DNA of 64,000 bases from Oikopleura dioica (Eukaryota; Animalia; Chordata), in contig OU015568.1 in assembly GCA_907165135.1 (NCBI GenBank), forward strand, positions 2,418,001 to 2,482,000. The letters are read 5' to 3'. Both the position numbers and the translations under genes were made by a program. The notes below the pieces were generated by a model. That model made no database searches. It was not told the origin of the DNA and was given only the letters and a program-made list of their open reading frames with translations. Position 1 is the first letter of the stretch. The number at the start of each line of letters is the position of its first letter. Of this stretch, positions 50,301 to 63,404 are shown one piece after another.

Positions 50301-53300
50301 TGACCTTGGCTTCGTCGAGGACGGCGATGGCACCTTCATCTTCGAGAATGTTTCCTTCTGAAGCAGAAAGAGTGTACAGAATTTTGTCCTCAATTTCTTT
50401 CAGCGCCTTTTTATTTGCAGCAGATTGAAGAATGAGCTGCTGTCGCTCTTCTTCGAGCTCAGGTCGTTCTTTCGCGACGACGATACCGAGAAGCTGATCT
50501 TCAAGACCATCGGGAGTGATCATGAAGTTCAGAAGGGAGACTTTCGTGGCAAGCTCAGGGAGATAGTGAGGATTTCGAAGCTTTGTTGTGATGTAAAACT
50601 TGAACTCGGAGGAGTACTCAATGACGGACTCACCAAGTTTGATCATATCAACACCAGCTTGTCGGAAAACTTGCTTCAAGAGCAAAGGCTCGAGCGAAGG
50701 ATCGAGTTCTTCACCAACGTTTTCAAGGAGAACGGGCGTACCGAATTGGATAGAGTTTTCAAGCGTTCGCATGAAGTTTCCGTCGGTAAGTTTGATGATT
50801 TCGATACCGTTTTCCTTCTCCATATTTCGGATCCACTTGTTAGCCTGTCCCTGAGGATCGATCAAGAGTGGCCATCGACGGGAGTTGTCAATGATGACAC
50901 CATTGTCGCAGGAGAAGCTATCAGTGGGCAAGCCATTGATGTTATTTTCTCGGATCTTGATTGGGTCACCGAGAACGTTAGAGACGGAGAACTCTTTCGA
51001 GCATGTGATATTACGCTGAGTACACTCGTTCGACCAGTTGGCGATGATTCGTGTTCGGAAAGAAGCGACGAATGGACCAAGATAGGCGACAACACCGGAA
51101 GAAATGAGGACATCACCAGTGAGATTGTCGTACTGCTGCTGGAGTCGTTCAGCTGCTTCACCCCATCGAGTCTTTTCACCACCGAGACCGCCAATAAGCT
51201 TGTTGGCTCGGATGAGTTTCTTTTCACAAAGATCGACCTGGAATTCGAGCTGCTGTTTCTTGTCAGTAGCAGCCTGGAAATCAGCGTTAAGCTTGGCAAG
51301 TCGGTCCTGGACCTCCTTGAGTTCAGCCTGCTTGGTAGCAAGAAGAGCCATGGTTTCCTTGAGAGAAGCTTCGGCGACGGCGAGAGCGGCCTTTTTGGGA
51401 GCGACGACCTTGGCAACTCGATCGTAGATTTCCATAGCCAGTACCCACTTACAGAGACCCTCAGCGGCTGATGAGGATTTCTTGGCGTTCTCTGGGGTGA
51501 AATCAGGATTGGGCTTGTAGTCGGCTCGGATTTTCTTCATGACGGCTTCGGGAATGTTGTCCTTATCGTAAGATTTGAGTCGGGCGAGGAAACCAAGATC
51601 GGAAAGAAGCTTCTTCGAGGGGCCCCAGTAATCGTTGACCTTCTTGGTACCACCGTTTGGATCGTTGATCTTGTCGGGTTTCACTTCCAACATAATACAC
51701 ACACCTTCCATGACAAGCTTGACACCAGCGGGTGGATTGGACATAGTCTTGATGACACCAATATCAGCTGGTTTAATAGTGTCGAGGGCTTTCAGGGCGG
51801 ATTCAAGTGCGGGGATAGCTTCAGCAAGCTCTTCCTCACATTCCTGTTTCATCGCAGCGGATTTTTGCGCCTCAGCGTTCGCCTCGGCTTCATCTTTCAA
51901 GACAACAACAGTCTTTGCCTCTACCTCAGCGGTTTCAACTGTGATGACTTCCATAAGCTCAGCGTTTTCTTTCGAAGCGATGACGAGCTGCGGCTGGAGA
52001 TCTTCAAGCTCTTTCTGCATAGTAGCGACCTGCTCTTCTGCAAAAGCGAGTTTTTCGAGACCGACGACGTATCGATTTCGAGCCTTAAGGACAATATCTC
52101 GCTGGTTTCCAAGAAGATTCTTGAAAGAAGCGATCAATTCCAAATACGAGATTGGAGTCACATAGTTGTGTCGACCAAGTTCGCGGAGATAGTCATGTGA
52201 CAGTTCTCGAGCAGAGACGTGGAAGTGCTTGCAAATCGGGATGATTTCTTTTCGCTCGTGAGCGGAGAGCTCAACTTCTTCGAGGAAGTGGTTGGCGACT
52301 CGCTCGAGGGCTTCTTCGGGCCAGGCCTTGAACCAATCGATAGTACAACAGTTGATAAGGGAGGGGAACTGTCGAAGACGCTCTCTGAAGGCATCACCAA
52401 TCGGCGAGAAAGCGATGATAATATGGAGATTTTCCTTGCATCGCTGGACGAAGAAGTTAAACATTTCAAGTGGAGAAAGATCAGCATCTTTTCCAAATCG
52501 CTGGGCGATAACTGGTCGGACGAGTTCGATGAGTTCTTGCTTCTCATCAGCTGCGTAGAGATTGGCAACTTCACCGGTGTTAAGAAGAGAATCGATGTCT
52601 TCGAGGAAAGACTCTTCTTTGATCTGCGAATCAGTGATGAGGAAGATCATTTTCTTACCAAGACCACCAGCGTTCTTGAGCAGAGCTTTGATATCATCTC
52701 GCCACTCTGGGACACCGTAGGTCTTCGAAATTTCAGGCTGGAAGGTGCTCATGCCAGCCATGAAGCCAGCAAGGCGGGTGAGAGACTGTCGACCGGAACC
52801 ACCGACACCAACAAGGAGGGCATTTCCACCAGGAGACTTCAGGACTCGACAGATTCGAGAAAGATGCTCGAGCACGTATCTGAAGATTACGAGGGAGAGC
52901 GGAGCCTTGTTAACAGCGTTGTACTCTTCAATCGATGTCTGGACGACTTCCTGGAATTCCGTGAGCGAAGTGATTTCTTTGTAAAGACGATCGTCGCCTT
53001 CAGCGCCGAGTTCCATGTAATCACCGAAAATGAGCGATCGACAATCTTCTTCAGAAACTGGTCGACCACCCTGTTTCAAGTGAGTGAAGACTTTATCGAA
53101 GTCTTTTGAGAAGTAAGTCTTTGTGACTTCCTTCAGCAGTTTGAAGAGCCAGGCACCGTCAGAATCATCGACAAGTCGATCGTAGAAGACTCGGAAGATT
53201 TCGTGAACGAAGAGTCGAGTCATGTAGTCTTTGTCTGGCACAGTATCTTTCTTCACAACGAGACAACCCATAATGACACGGGAGAAATCTCGCAAGTTGA

Positions 53301-56300
53301 AGATGTAATGTGACTTGGCCGGTGTGGGGAGAAGGTTTTCCATTGCCTGTTTGTAGATAAAAGTCGTGGCTTCGACGATTGGCTTGGTGACGCCCTTGAT
53401 GTCGCCGGAGAAGTTGTTAGCGCTGAAGTAGCCATCCATGATCGTGCCGAAGATCTTCGACATAGTGTCATCTGAGAATGGCAACATGGTGATCAAATTA
53501 AAGTGACGGAGGAATCGCTGGGTGACGACCTGTCGGGAACCACCGGGTGGACCCATTGCGCCCATGAAGAGAATATCCTGGAGACCGATAGGAGAAGTAT
53601 CTTGAAGATCGTACCACTGGTGATGATCCAAGTACTGTCTCATCAATTCAATAGGAGGCTGTGCGCCGTAGATTTCTCGGGTAGGCATGTTCAAATCATC
53701 GACAAAGATGATGGCCTTCTTTTGAGCTGGAGGACCGTACACACCTTTTCTTCGCTTGTCCAACCGACTCATGATCAAATTCTGGGTTTGCTGAGCGGTG
53801 GTTTTGGCGGAGAAGTTAATAAAGTTTGTGACAAACTTATCTTCGGGGATGCCAGTCATGAGTTTGCCCTTGACGTAAGCAGATTTACCGGTACCAGTTG
53901 GCCCACAGAAGAGAACTGGTCGATCGTGCATGACACAGACGTGGATCAAGTAATGAGTTCGAGCAGTGTCCATCGTTGGGACGATGACGTTCTGAAGATT
54001 GTCGCCTGGTCGGATGTCGACGCCGCTCTTTCCCTGAAGGAGTTTGTTCCAGCTAGTCCAAGAGCCCATTCCTTCAATCTTGAAATAGGTGTCGTAGACG
54101 TAATCGGAAACAGGGTTCTCGATCTTGGTGATGCCTTCTGGTGGTGGGTAGTCCTCATGTTTGCCCTTCTGCATGGTGAGAATGAAATCAGAGAACTTGG
54201 CTCGCGAGTCCAAATCGCAAGAAGCAGCGATTGACCAGATAAGAGAGAAGATGAAAACACCGTGAATCCAGGATTTCATGTTTTTCTTGGCGTTGTCTTG
54301 GGCACAGACTTCAGCGTCGAGGTGCATCTCGAACATGTACATGAGCGATCGGACCTGCTGCATGTCAGTGGTGACGAGGACTTCCTTGCACTTCTTTCGC
54401 AAGAATTCCAAGGATGGATCGATGAACCATTCGAAAAGGCCATTAATAAGCTCGCTGTGCTCTTGAATCACTTCTGGGAGGGTCAAAAGCCAGGATTTGA
54501 ACATTGGTCGCCAACCGATGGATCGAGGCTCCATGTAAATCATACCACATCGGGAGACAGTGGCGGGAGAGGCTTGCGAAAGATCTTGGGTTTCGAAAAT
54601 GAGCGACATCTCGGGAGTACATTGGATAATCTCACCAGACATGAGACACAGTTTTTTGTTATCATCGAGTACGGTGTTCATAGACTCAATCCAAAGGGTA
54701 TCAATGGGACCGTCGAAAAGGACCCACTTTCGATCGCTAGTTGGCGTGGAAGCGAACTGTCGGAAGATTGTGGCGACGTTTCCATCGGACCATTCGTGAG
54801 AAACGGGATCGAATTGACCGAAAAGCTGTCCCATGGTGATAGCTTTAGGGTTCACAGTTTTGTACTTGACTTTTTCGACCAAGTTACCGGCCTGTTCGTG
54901 TTGGATCTCATTCATCCTGTTCGACATTTCAGCCAAGACGTGGAGGCATTGAGTTTTTCCGGAAAATGGGTCACCAACCAACATAAAACCGTGACGAACG
55001 ACCATCATTTCGTAAGTCTGGATCAGCTTCTCGAGGAAGGCAGGGACGGGCTGGATGCCAAAGTCGGCGCAAACAGCGTGTGCAGTTTCGAGGAAGACTT
55101 TGTAGTCGGCTTCGGGGAGCTTGATACCGGGGAACAAATCCGAAGTGATACCGTGGAAGAGGGGAATATCGTGCGACAAGAATTTTGGCAAGTTAACATC
55201 GATAATCGATCGGAGAGTCAGGATATCTTCGTTTTCATCTGGGAACTGGAGCTTCAAGTTACCACAGGAGACCAGGACGGCCTTGACGGCTCGCATACCG
55301 TAATCGTAATGGAACTGTGAGGACAGCTGTTCGGAACAAAGTCGGTATGTCATCACGATCTTGACGGACAAGGGCTTGGCATTGAGGAAACCGCATGAGT
55401 AGAGCGAAATCTCCGAAATGAGGGCGTAGTCGGGAACCATCATAGCGACGGTTCGGAAAAGAACCTTCAAGTTATCGGGCAGCTCGGATCGACCAGCGTA
55501 ACCAGGGTTCATAGTGATGGCGACGAAGCAGTTAGGATTGAGTGTCAGTTCGGTGCCTTCGAAGTCAAAGGTCTTAACATCGTTCTGGACGGCGCGCTGG
55601 ATGCACAACATCTGCTGCGCGATGACGGACAAGACTTCAAGTTCGATACGGTTGAACTCATCAAAGCACGCCCAAGCACCAGCAGAGGCAAGACCCTTGA
55701 AGAATTTACCCATAGCGAGGTAATCGAGACCATCGGAACAGTTGAAGACAACACACTGGACGGCGAGGGCCTTGGCCAAATCCTTGGTTGTCTCAGTTTT
55801 ACCGGTACCGGCGGGACCTTCAGGAGCACCACCCAAGTTGAGGTAGAAAGCGCCGACAAGGGTTCGGTAACAACGATCAGTAAGGGGCGTGATGACGAGT
55901 CGGAAGGAGTTTCCGAGGTATTCGTAAGCGTACTTGACGTCGGCGTTGATGATATGGGCCCGGACCTGATCGTTCTGCCAGTAGTAACGGAGTTGAGCCA
56001 GCCAGTTGAAATCGGTCGACAGCTCGACGCCTTGGCTGGCCATGTCGTCGACGACATCACGAGCGTGGACGTCGAGGGTGACGAGAGCACCAAGAGTTGT
56101 TCGAGTTTGTCGAGTGAGCTTGCCTCGGACGAGTTCGACAATGTCCATCAAATCGGAGGTCAATTTCTTTGAATAGTTCTTGAGACCTTGGTTTCCTTCG
56201 TTGTCGATCGATTCCTGGACTTCGGAAGTCCAGAACATTTGGGTGACACCGAGAACGATCTGACCAGGCCATTCCTTGACCCACTGATTTCGCGCTTTCT

Positions 56301-59300
56301 TGACGTAATCGTCCTTGGCGAGGATGAACACGTGACGAACAGAGATGATCATGACTTCTTCGACTTGGAGGAGCCACTTTTCGACGGAACCACGAGCATC
56401 AGAAGTGGAAATAAGGGTGGAAAGACCGACGGATTCGCCTTCGGATGAAATCATTGACTTGATATCCAGGTTGGGCAGGAATTCGAGCTTGGCGATACCT
56501 TCGAAGCACTTTTTCAAGTGAGGCTGCACGCGAGTCGGGTCTTTTGTTTCGGAAAGAATTTCCAACATTTCGTCGTTTGAAAGGAAGAAAAATCTAAAGT
56601 TAAATTTAATTAATAAGCTTAATAAATTGTTATTTCTGCGAAATTTTGCTAAAGCCGGCGGCCTGTTACTGAATTAAAATATTTATAACTTGCTCTGCAG
56701 ATAACTGATTTGCTAATTGATGAATTCCTGCGGAAAAGGACAAAAATAATAATTGATAAATGAAGAGTGCTGCTTGCCTGGGGAAGAACAATCGTTTCTT
56801 TTCCAAATATGCGTTGAGACCTTTCATAATCTTATCTAAAAGATCATTTGACTGAACCATCTTGTTCAAGAAGGTTGAATCTCCACCAACAGCGACGACC
56901 TGAAAGATAAAAACTCAACGACAGTTGTTAAGGTTATCAAAATATTGCGTTGCTGAAAATGCTTCTTCGGGTAAAACAATATAAACGGGCTTATACGATT
57001 CAAAAAATCTGCTTGCAATTAAAAAGATGCATGACTTTATGTACGACATTGTCTAAAATACCTTGAAAAGTAAAGCCGCTTCTTCTCGAGATAGGCATTC
57101 AGCCCTCTCATTATACTTTCTAGGAGCGAAACGCATTCTCGCAGAGTATTCAGCAAGTTAGGAATGTCGTTGGCAACGAGAACCTATTTTTAAAATTATT
57201 AATTATTAAATTAATAATTATATTTTCAGAACTTTCGTATAAACAGGTTTTTTTTAAGACAGCTCCTCAACTGTGGAGCGGTTTTCAGTATCTTTGAATG
57301 GAGATATTTCAATTATCTCTTTTGCATCATGTAGGGGAGGCTCCATAGTGTGTTAAATAAGCTTTTGGTGTGTTCATCTTAATCGGTGGTGGTGCAATGA
57401 CGTCATCATTCCGTAATGCTGCATCTTTTGTCGTCGGCACCCAAAAATTGAAAAGTGGTAAAAAACAATAAACTTATGTTCTTATCGCGCAGACGTCTTC
57501 CTCACATCAGTATAAAGTTTTTCTGATGTTTTCTGGTGTCAGTACAAATGTTGGTGGTGGAGTAATGACGTCATCGCCAATTTTTCCTATGATTTTAGTG
57601 TATTTTTGACTATCTGATTACTCCACCACCAGTGATGGTGTTGACACCAAATCCTTATTTAACACACTACAGACCTTCTATAACAAGATACAAAAGAATG
57701 AATAAAAAAATCTTGACTCCAAGGTATTCAAAATCGCTCCACAGTTGAGGAGCTGTCTTAAAAAAAACCTGTTATAAGAATTTGGTATTTTAGTTTCTTA
57801 GCTTGAAAGTTATGTACGAAAAGACTTACACTTGGGTCGTTCTTCGTTGCAGTCATAACTTCTCTCCAATTCGTATCGACTTGTTTGAACATTCTTCCTT
57901 CCTCAGGCATCTGCGCCATAATATCCTCCGAGGAGAAAATCGGTTCCAAATACAGCCACTGAGACTGCACCTTGAGCCATTCATCCAGAGTGTCCTGAAT
58001 TCTCAACAGTCGCTCTTCCCAGTCTTTAATCTCGCTTTCAATCGGTTTAATGAACGGGGATCCGCGCATCGTTTGTGTCTTGACAATTTGATCGTCCAGC
58101 ATCGTTTGGATTTCGTCCGTACTGGCGAGGATGCAGATGCCGTCTCTGTACTCGACCAAGTTGAACTGGATCGGCTCCCATTCTTCCATCATCTTGTACA
58201 TCGCCTTTTCGAGCGAATGTTCCTTCGTAGCTGCGCCGGAGATGCTCTCGAACTGCTCCATGTATCCTTCAAGTCCCATCTTGAGAATCTTCCTCAGACT
58301 CGTTCCAGCATCAGGAGTCAAATCAAAGCCACAAATGTCAGACATTTGTTTCCAATGTCGCTCCCGGATGCCAGGATTGCAGAGCGTCGCAATCATAGGA
58401 ACATGTTCCTTGAAATTCTTGATATCGTCCATTGTACCAGACGTGAGCTTGACGAGAATGTTGACTGGGGCACCTTTGCCCTTGGCCGTCTTGCCTTTGG
58501 GCTGCTTTTGATCGCCGCCGGCGCGCTTTTCGAAGAGCTTGTTTGATTTGTAGGTTTCTCGGAACATGTCGTCGATTTCGTTGGAGATTTTTTCGGCTTC
58601 CAAGGCAAGGAATTCGCCGTCGAACCACTTTTTCTGCTGCTTCTGCCAGTTTGCAACGTTGTTGTACATGACCTGGTAGGGTTCCAGCTCTTTGGAGAGC
58701 AATTCCAGCGCAGGATATGTCGTTTGCTCCCACTGGAAGAGTTCTTCTTCTCGATTGATCGCTTCGACATTGGCGTTTGCTTGGGCAATGCGTCGTGAGA
58801 TGCCCTGGCAATCTTTGACGTACTGGTGGATGTGTTCTGGATCGCCGCAGTTTTCCAAATCGGCGATTCGTTCTCGCTCGGATTCGATATCCGCGACGAG
58901 TTTTTCTCTTCGCTCTTTGAGCGCGCTCTGTTTCTCGTTCTGCGACTTTTCGATGAGCAGCGAGTTCGCGGCGAAAACCGGCTCGATGTTCGTTGGCCAG
59001 GTGAAGGCGATCGCGGTTCGGAGAAGATCTCCTTCGGGGAAGAAGTGCACGTCCATCATGAACAAGAATCGATCCAGCATCGACATGAGCTGATCATCGA
59101 TGTTCTTGAGCTTGGTTTCCTTGATTTCCTTGATGTAATCCTGGATTTTGACGAGTTCTTCGGTATCTTCTGGCTCTCGCTCGGCACGGTCCTTGATCAC
59201 TTCGAATTCTTTGATGACTCGTTCGACCTCGTGTCGGTGTTTCGAGGCCAGTTTGTTGACGATCGTTTCAGCGTGTCCGCGAGCAGCAGCGATAAGACCA

Positions 59301-62300
59301 TGCTTCGCTTCTTCGTAGTCGAGTTTCGTGACTTCGAAGAAGTTGAGACAGGGGATTTCGTAGATCTCCTTGACAAGTTTTCGGAACTTGTTGACCTTAG
59401 CGGTCGCCTCGGCGAAGGTGAAATCGGTGCGCAAGAAGGCTTTGACTTCTTCTTCGTCTGTTCCGTCGATCAGGTGCGCGTACTTTTCGTTGTACTTGTC
59501 CAGCTCTGCCTGGGTGGACTTGAAGAGCTTTGCGAGCTTGAGCTTCACACGCTTGATGATGGGATCGACGACGGTGGAAGGAAGAGCGGTATTATAGTGA
59601 ACACTGCCTTGTCCATCGTCAGCAACGATTTGCTCGTCGATGAGTGGGATGGTAGCGAGGGAGTTTGAGATTCGGTCGATGATTTCAACTGCGCTTTCTT
59701 CAAGCATCTTGAAAGATGGGTAGAATTCCAACTTGTTTTCAAGGGTGATTCGCATCTCGAACTGCGGCGGCTGCGCCTGGTCGAAAAGATCTGCCCATGA
59801 AAGAAGCGTCTTCTCCTTGAGTCGTTGAAACTGCTGTTCAATGACTGTCTTTGCGGTCTTTCTGAATCCATCCTCGGTTTCGTATTCTGGCGCGACTTGT
59901 GGGGTAGCGAAGATGGCGACGAGTTTGGGAATCCAGCGATTTTGGAGAATATTCTCTTCTTTTTGAAGCTCGAATTTGACGTTCAAGAGGAGCTGCGAGA
60001 TAGGCTGGCCCCAATCAGCAGCGAGTCGTTTCAAATCGATCAGGTCTTGGGCTAAAAGAGAGATTGATAGACGAAGAGCTTAGGTTCAGTTCTAGAGTGG
60101 TTGACTTACTGCTAAAGTGGTTGTAGCAAAGCTGAAGAGTGTCCTGCATGCAGGGGCGCATGATCCACAACTTGTTCTTGAGTTGGGCTCGAGTCTTCTT
60201 GAACTTTGCCTTTCCCATTCGGCACGACTTCGACGGCATTGGCTTCCGGGCTGGGCGGTTTTCCGGCTTGTCTTCGGGAAACTCCATCGGACAGGTGACT
60301 CCATCTTTGGGAAGAATGTCCACTCGGGGGGAGACCGTCAAAGTGTTCTGAAAATTGATGAGCGGAGTTCGAAGAATCGATGAAATTATTATTTCTAAAC
60401 AGCACAAAGGCTACAGAAATCGAGAAATAATGAAATTTTAGCAAAAAGAAAATATAAATCGTAAAAGTGGAGTGTCCCAACTTGGGACGACAAGTGAAAC
60501 AGAGAAAAAAAGCACTCTTTTCTAGAATTCGCTCAGTTCGGAAAAGAAAAGATAAAAGTTCAACTTCGAGAATTTCAACGACGGAGCGGGCGACTCTTAT
60601 TGGCCAGTCGCGCCAGTGAGAAGTTCTCACTGAGAACTTTTCATCGAGAATCTGGCTTCTCAGAAAATAGCTCTAATGTGGATTATCTTTCGTTGAAGAC
60701 TTCAACTCTTAAGGATATAGCCTGTAAAATTCAACTTTCGTAGCGGCTAAACGCGAGGTCGGATCTTTTTCATTTCAAAAGCAATCCTACCTAAAAATGC
60801 ACGAAAAACTCAATTCTGGTATATTTTTTAAAATTTTCACCTAAATTTTTCTCTCTAGAGCGACTCGAAATCTTACGATCGCGATTTCTCAAAATTTTTC
60901 CATTAATTCGCTAAAACTAAACCGTGTTCTCTGTTGTCATGATGCTTAGCTAGAAAATTGAGGGAATAAAATTCTCAAACTCGATCAAATTTTCATTCTA
61001 GTATTATCCTCTTTCTTGCTCTTGCTTTTCTTCCCTGCGCGCTTTATCGCGTGTAGCCAATCAGAGCGCTAGCAAAAACACGCACGCTCTCCCGGAAAAA
61101 AGGAGGCGAGAGAGCGAGCGCCGAGCGCAGCACTTTTCATAGCTTCTGCGCGCTGAGTTAGCCTCATGGAAATGGCTGTAAAATCGGTTTCTTTCGGACT
61201 TAGAGAAAACTAAACCGTCAATTTTGTAGATAAAGGTCTAAAGAACCTACCTATCGAAAAAACTCGACCGATTTAGTGAAAAACTTTCGAGGAATCGCGA
61301 TCGTAAGATTTCAAATCGCTCTAGAGAGAAAAATTCAAGTGAAAATTTTTAAAAAAGTACCAAAATTGAATTTTCCGTCCATTTTTAGGTAGGATTGTAC
61401 TTGAAATGAAAAGATCCGACCTCCCGTTTAGCCGCTACGAAAGTTGAATTTTACAGGCTATATCCTTAAATTTGAACTTCTACTAGAGTTGATGGAATTT
61501 TTTTCTTTTACCTTGACTCTCCAGGCTCGAAGCGATCCAAAAGCAACTTCTTTGGCCTCATCCAAAGTGTCCTCGATCAGCGCGGGCGCATCAGTCGTCG
61601 AGTTCTTTAGGCTTTTGGGAAGTCGTCTGGCCACTCGCCCGAGGCCGATTTCGATCATTCCTCGCTCGACGGGTTCCAGGTCGGCCGCGTTGACAGCATC
61701 TTCCAGTTTGATGTAGTTGAGTCGCGTTTGGCGCATCTTTGACATCATTGTTTCCGGCAACTCAGGCTTGTTATCTGAGTCACCGCCCTGTGCTTCGATT
61801 TCTTCGAGAGCTGAAATGATTCAATGAAAAAAGTGACATTATTCTCATTTTCGACCAACAAATTTCACCGGTATTGAGATAGACTATCTAGTTCGGCTCA
61901 AAATCGAGAAGCCACTTGCGGCTTCGAGTAAAAGAAAACGGTAAGCCTCGTTTTGTCCGGCTTACTAATGGGTATTCTCAAACTCGAAGCCGCAGGGGGA
62001 CTCTTGATTTTCAGCAGCTACTACTAGGTATTTTATTGTACAAACTATCTCAATTCCAGTAAAGATTTGTCGTTCAGAGGTGAGAAGGTCGTGGTTTTAT
62101 CTTTGCTTGCCATGTAAAATTGGCAAAAAATGCGGAAGATGGCAAAATAGTCGCGACTTCTATCAAAAACCGTTTTTACCATGAAATCTATCAAAACCGC
62201 AAAACCTACCTTCCAAGAAATGCGCACGGCAGAACTGAATCAAAGAGGTTGAAAATTGGAAAACATTTTCATCCTTGAGGATGTTCTAGAAACCGTCGAA

Positions 62301-63062
62301 AATTCTCACTTTTTAAAAATGGTTTTTGTTGAGCTTACCTTCTTCTCTCTCTTCCATCGCCTTTTCGAGGATTATTTTGTCCAACTTCGTCGTCATCGCT
62401 TGAGAACGACTAGTGAATTTCTTCTTGGCAATTGGGAGATTTTTCGCTTTTACAAGGTTGACAATCATTTTTCAATAAGGAAATTTCAAGTTAAAAAAGA
62501 GAGCAACCCATTCCTTCATCGTGGCGCTTCATAACGGCTTCAAAGGTGATCTTTTCGCGCGGATTGATCGGCAACTTTTTGCCTGCCTGATTTTTCGGTT
62601 CCAGATTTTTAAGAAAAAAAGTGTTTAAAATTCGGTAAATAACAAATTATTGCATTGAAAACGAGAAAAAAATAACTAATCTTAGAAACCTAACGAAGGC
62701 GACGGGAGACAGTCCTTGTCGGGCTCCATTTTTTGTGTTTGGACTGACTTGATTTGGTGCTAAAATGGTGCAGTTTTGATTTTGATAACTCATATGAAAG
62801 AAAATTTTTCCGAATTAATTCAAGAATTTATTGAATAAAAATGCCCCTTTGAGCAAAAAAGCGTAAATACTCACGTGCTTCCGCCTCGAATTCAGTCCAA
62901 ATTCAAACTGACCCCAATCCGTAAAAACATTAACCATCCCTTGATTGTTCTAGAAACGCCCTCAAAATTTCAACCCTTGATTTTAACTTTGTCGTTTCTA
63001 CGTATCCGAAACCGCTCCTTCCTGGCCTCCATGAAAGCCGCCTGTTCTATTATTTTCTCCAT
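47312..63062 (-). CDS. DNAH12: Axonemal inner-arm dynein heavy chain, DNAH12-like (full length)
   Basis: P-loops [24 protein letters not shown] and GVGGSGRQS; stalk/MTBD; C-terminus [12 protein letters not shown]. Diagnostic [38 protein letters not shown] and [17 protein letters not shown] match my recollection of DNAH12 better than DNAH3 or DNAH7. Exons traced from an ATG at 63062. Confidence 0.9.
57244..57771. mobile_element. Fold-back/MITE (~528 bp) in a dynein intron, with ~40-bp TIRs
   Basis: caggttttttttaagacagctcctcaactgtggagcg is the reverse complement of cgctccacagttgaggagctgtcttaaaaaaaacctg. TSD not clear. Confidence 0.8.
57348..57667. mobile_element. Inner TA-flanked MITE (320 bp) nested in the 57244-57771 element
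   Basis: gtgtgttaaataagcttttggtgt vs acaccaaatccttatttaacacac (near-perfect inverted repeat); TA at 57346-57347 and 57668-57669. Confidence 0.65.
60713..61465. mobile_element. Non-autonomous TTAA-targeting DNA transposon (Kolobok-like, 753 bp) with ~178-bp TIRs, in a dynein intron
   Basis: TTAA at 60709-60712 and 61466-61469; ends GGATATAGCC...GGCTATATCC; arms 60713-~60890 and ~61289-61465 are imperfect reverse complements. Confidence 0.85.
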
Positions 63063-63404
63063 GTTTCTTTAATTTTTTAATCTCTTCTCATTTTGTTAAA
63101 GTATCAATCCTCTTTCTTGAGATTTTACGAGAGGATTCCGAAATCTGCGAAAGTGCGAACAACCAGTTGCCAGGGCGACTACTTACTCATTGTACTGATT
63201 TTTTTTCTTCTTTTCTCAAACACTATCAACGCCCTTTTAATCTTTTTGTAAACAAACTTAGATTTATTGCACCATAAATATGGCAAAAATGAGCTTATGT
63301 TTTCTGAAACTCGTCATTTTTGAAGATGTCGATTTGAGAGATCTGAGGTCTTTTGATTTAAAAAAGAATGCAAATGATTTATTTACAGAAAATATCGATA
63401 AAAC

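Noticed and set aside
48338-59668. Many long plus-strand and off-frame ORFs (e.g. 348, 352, 296, 294 and 280 aa) over the dynein gene
   Set aside because: Antisense shadows of a strongly codon-biased CDS; no recognisable motifs.
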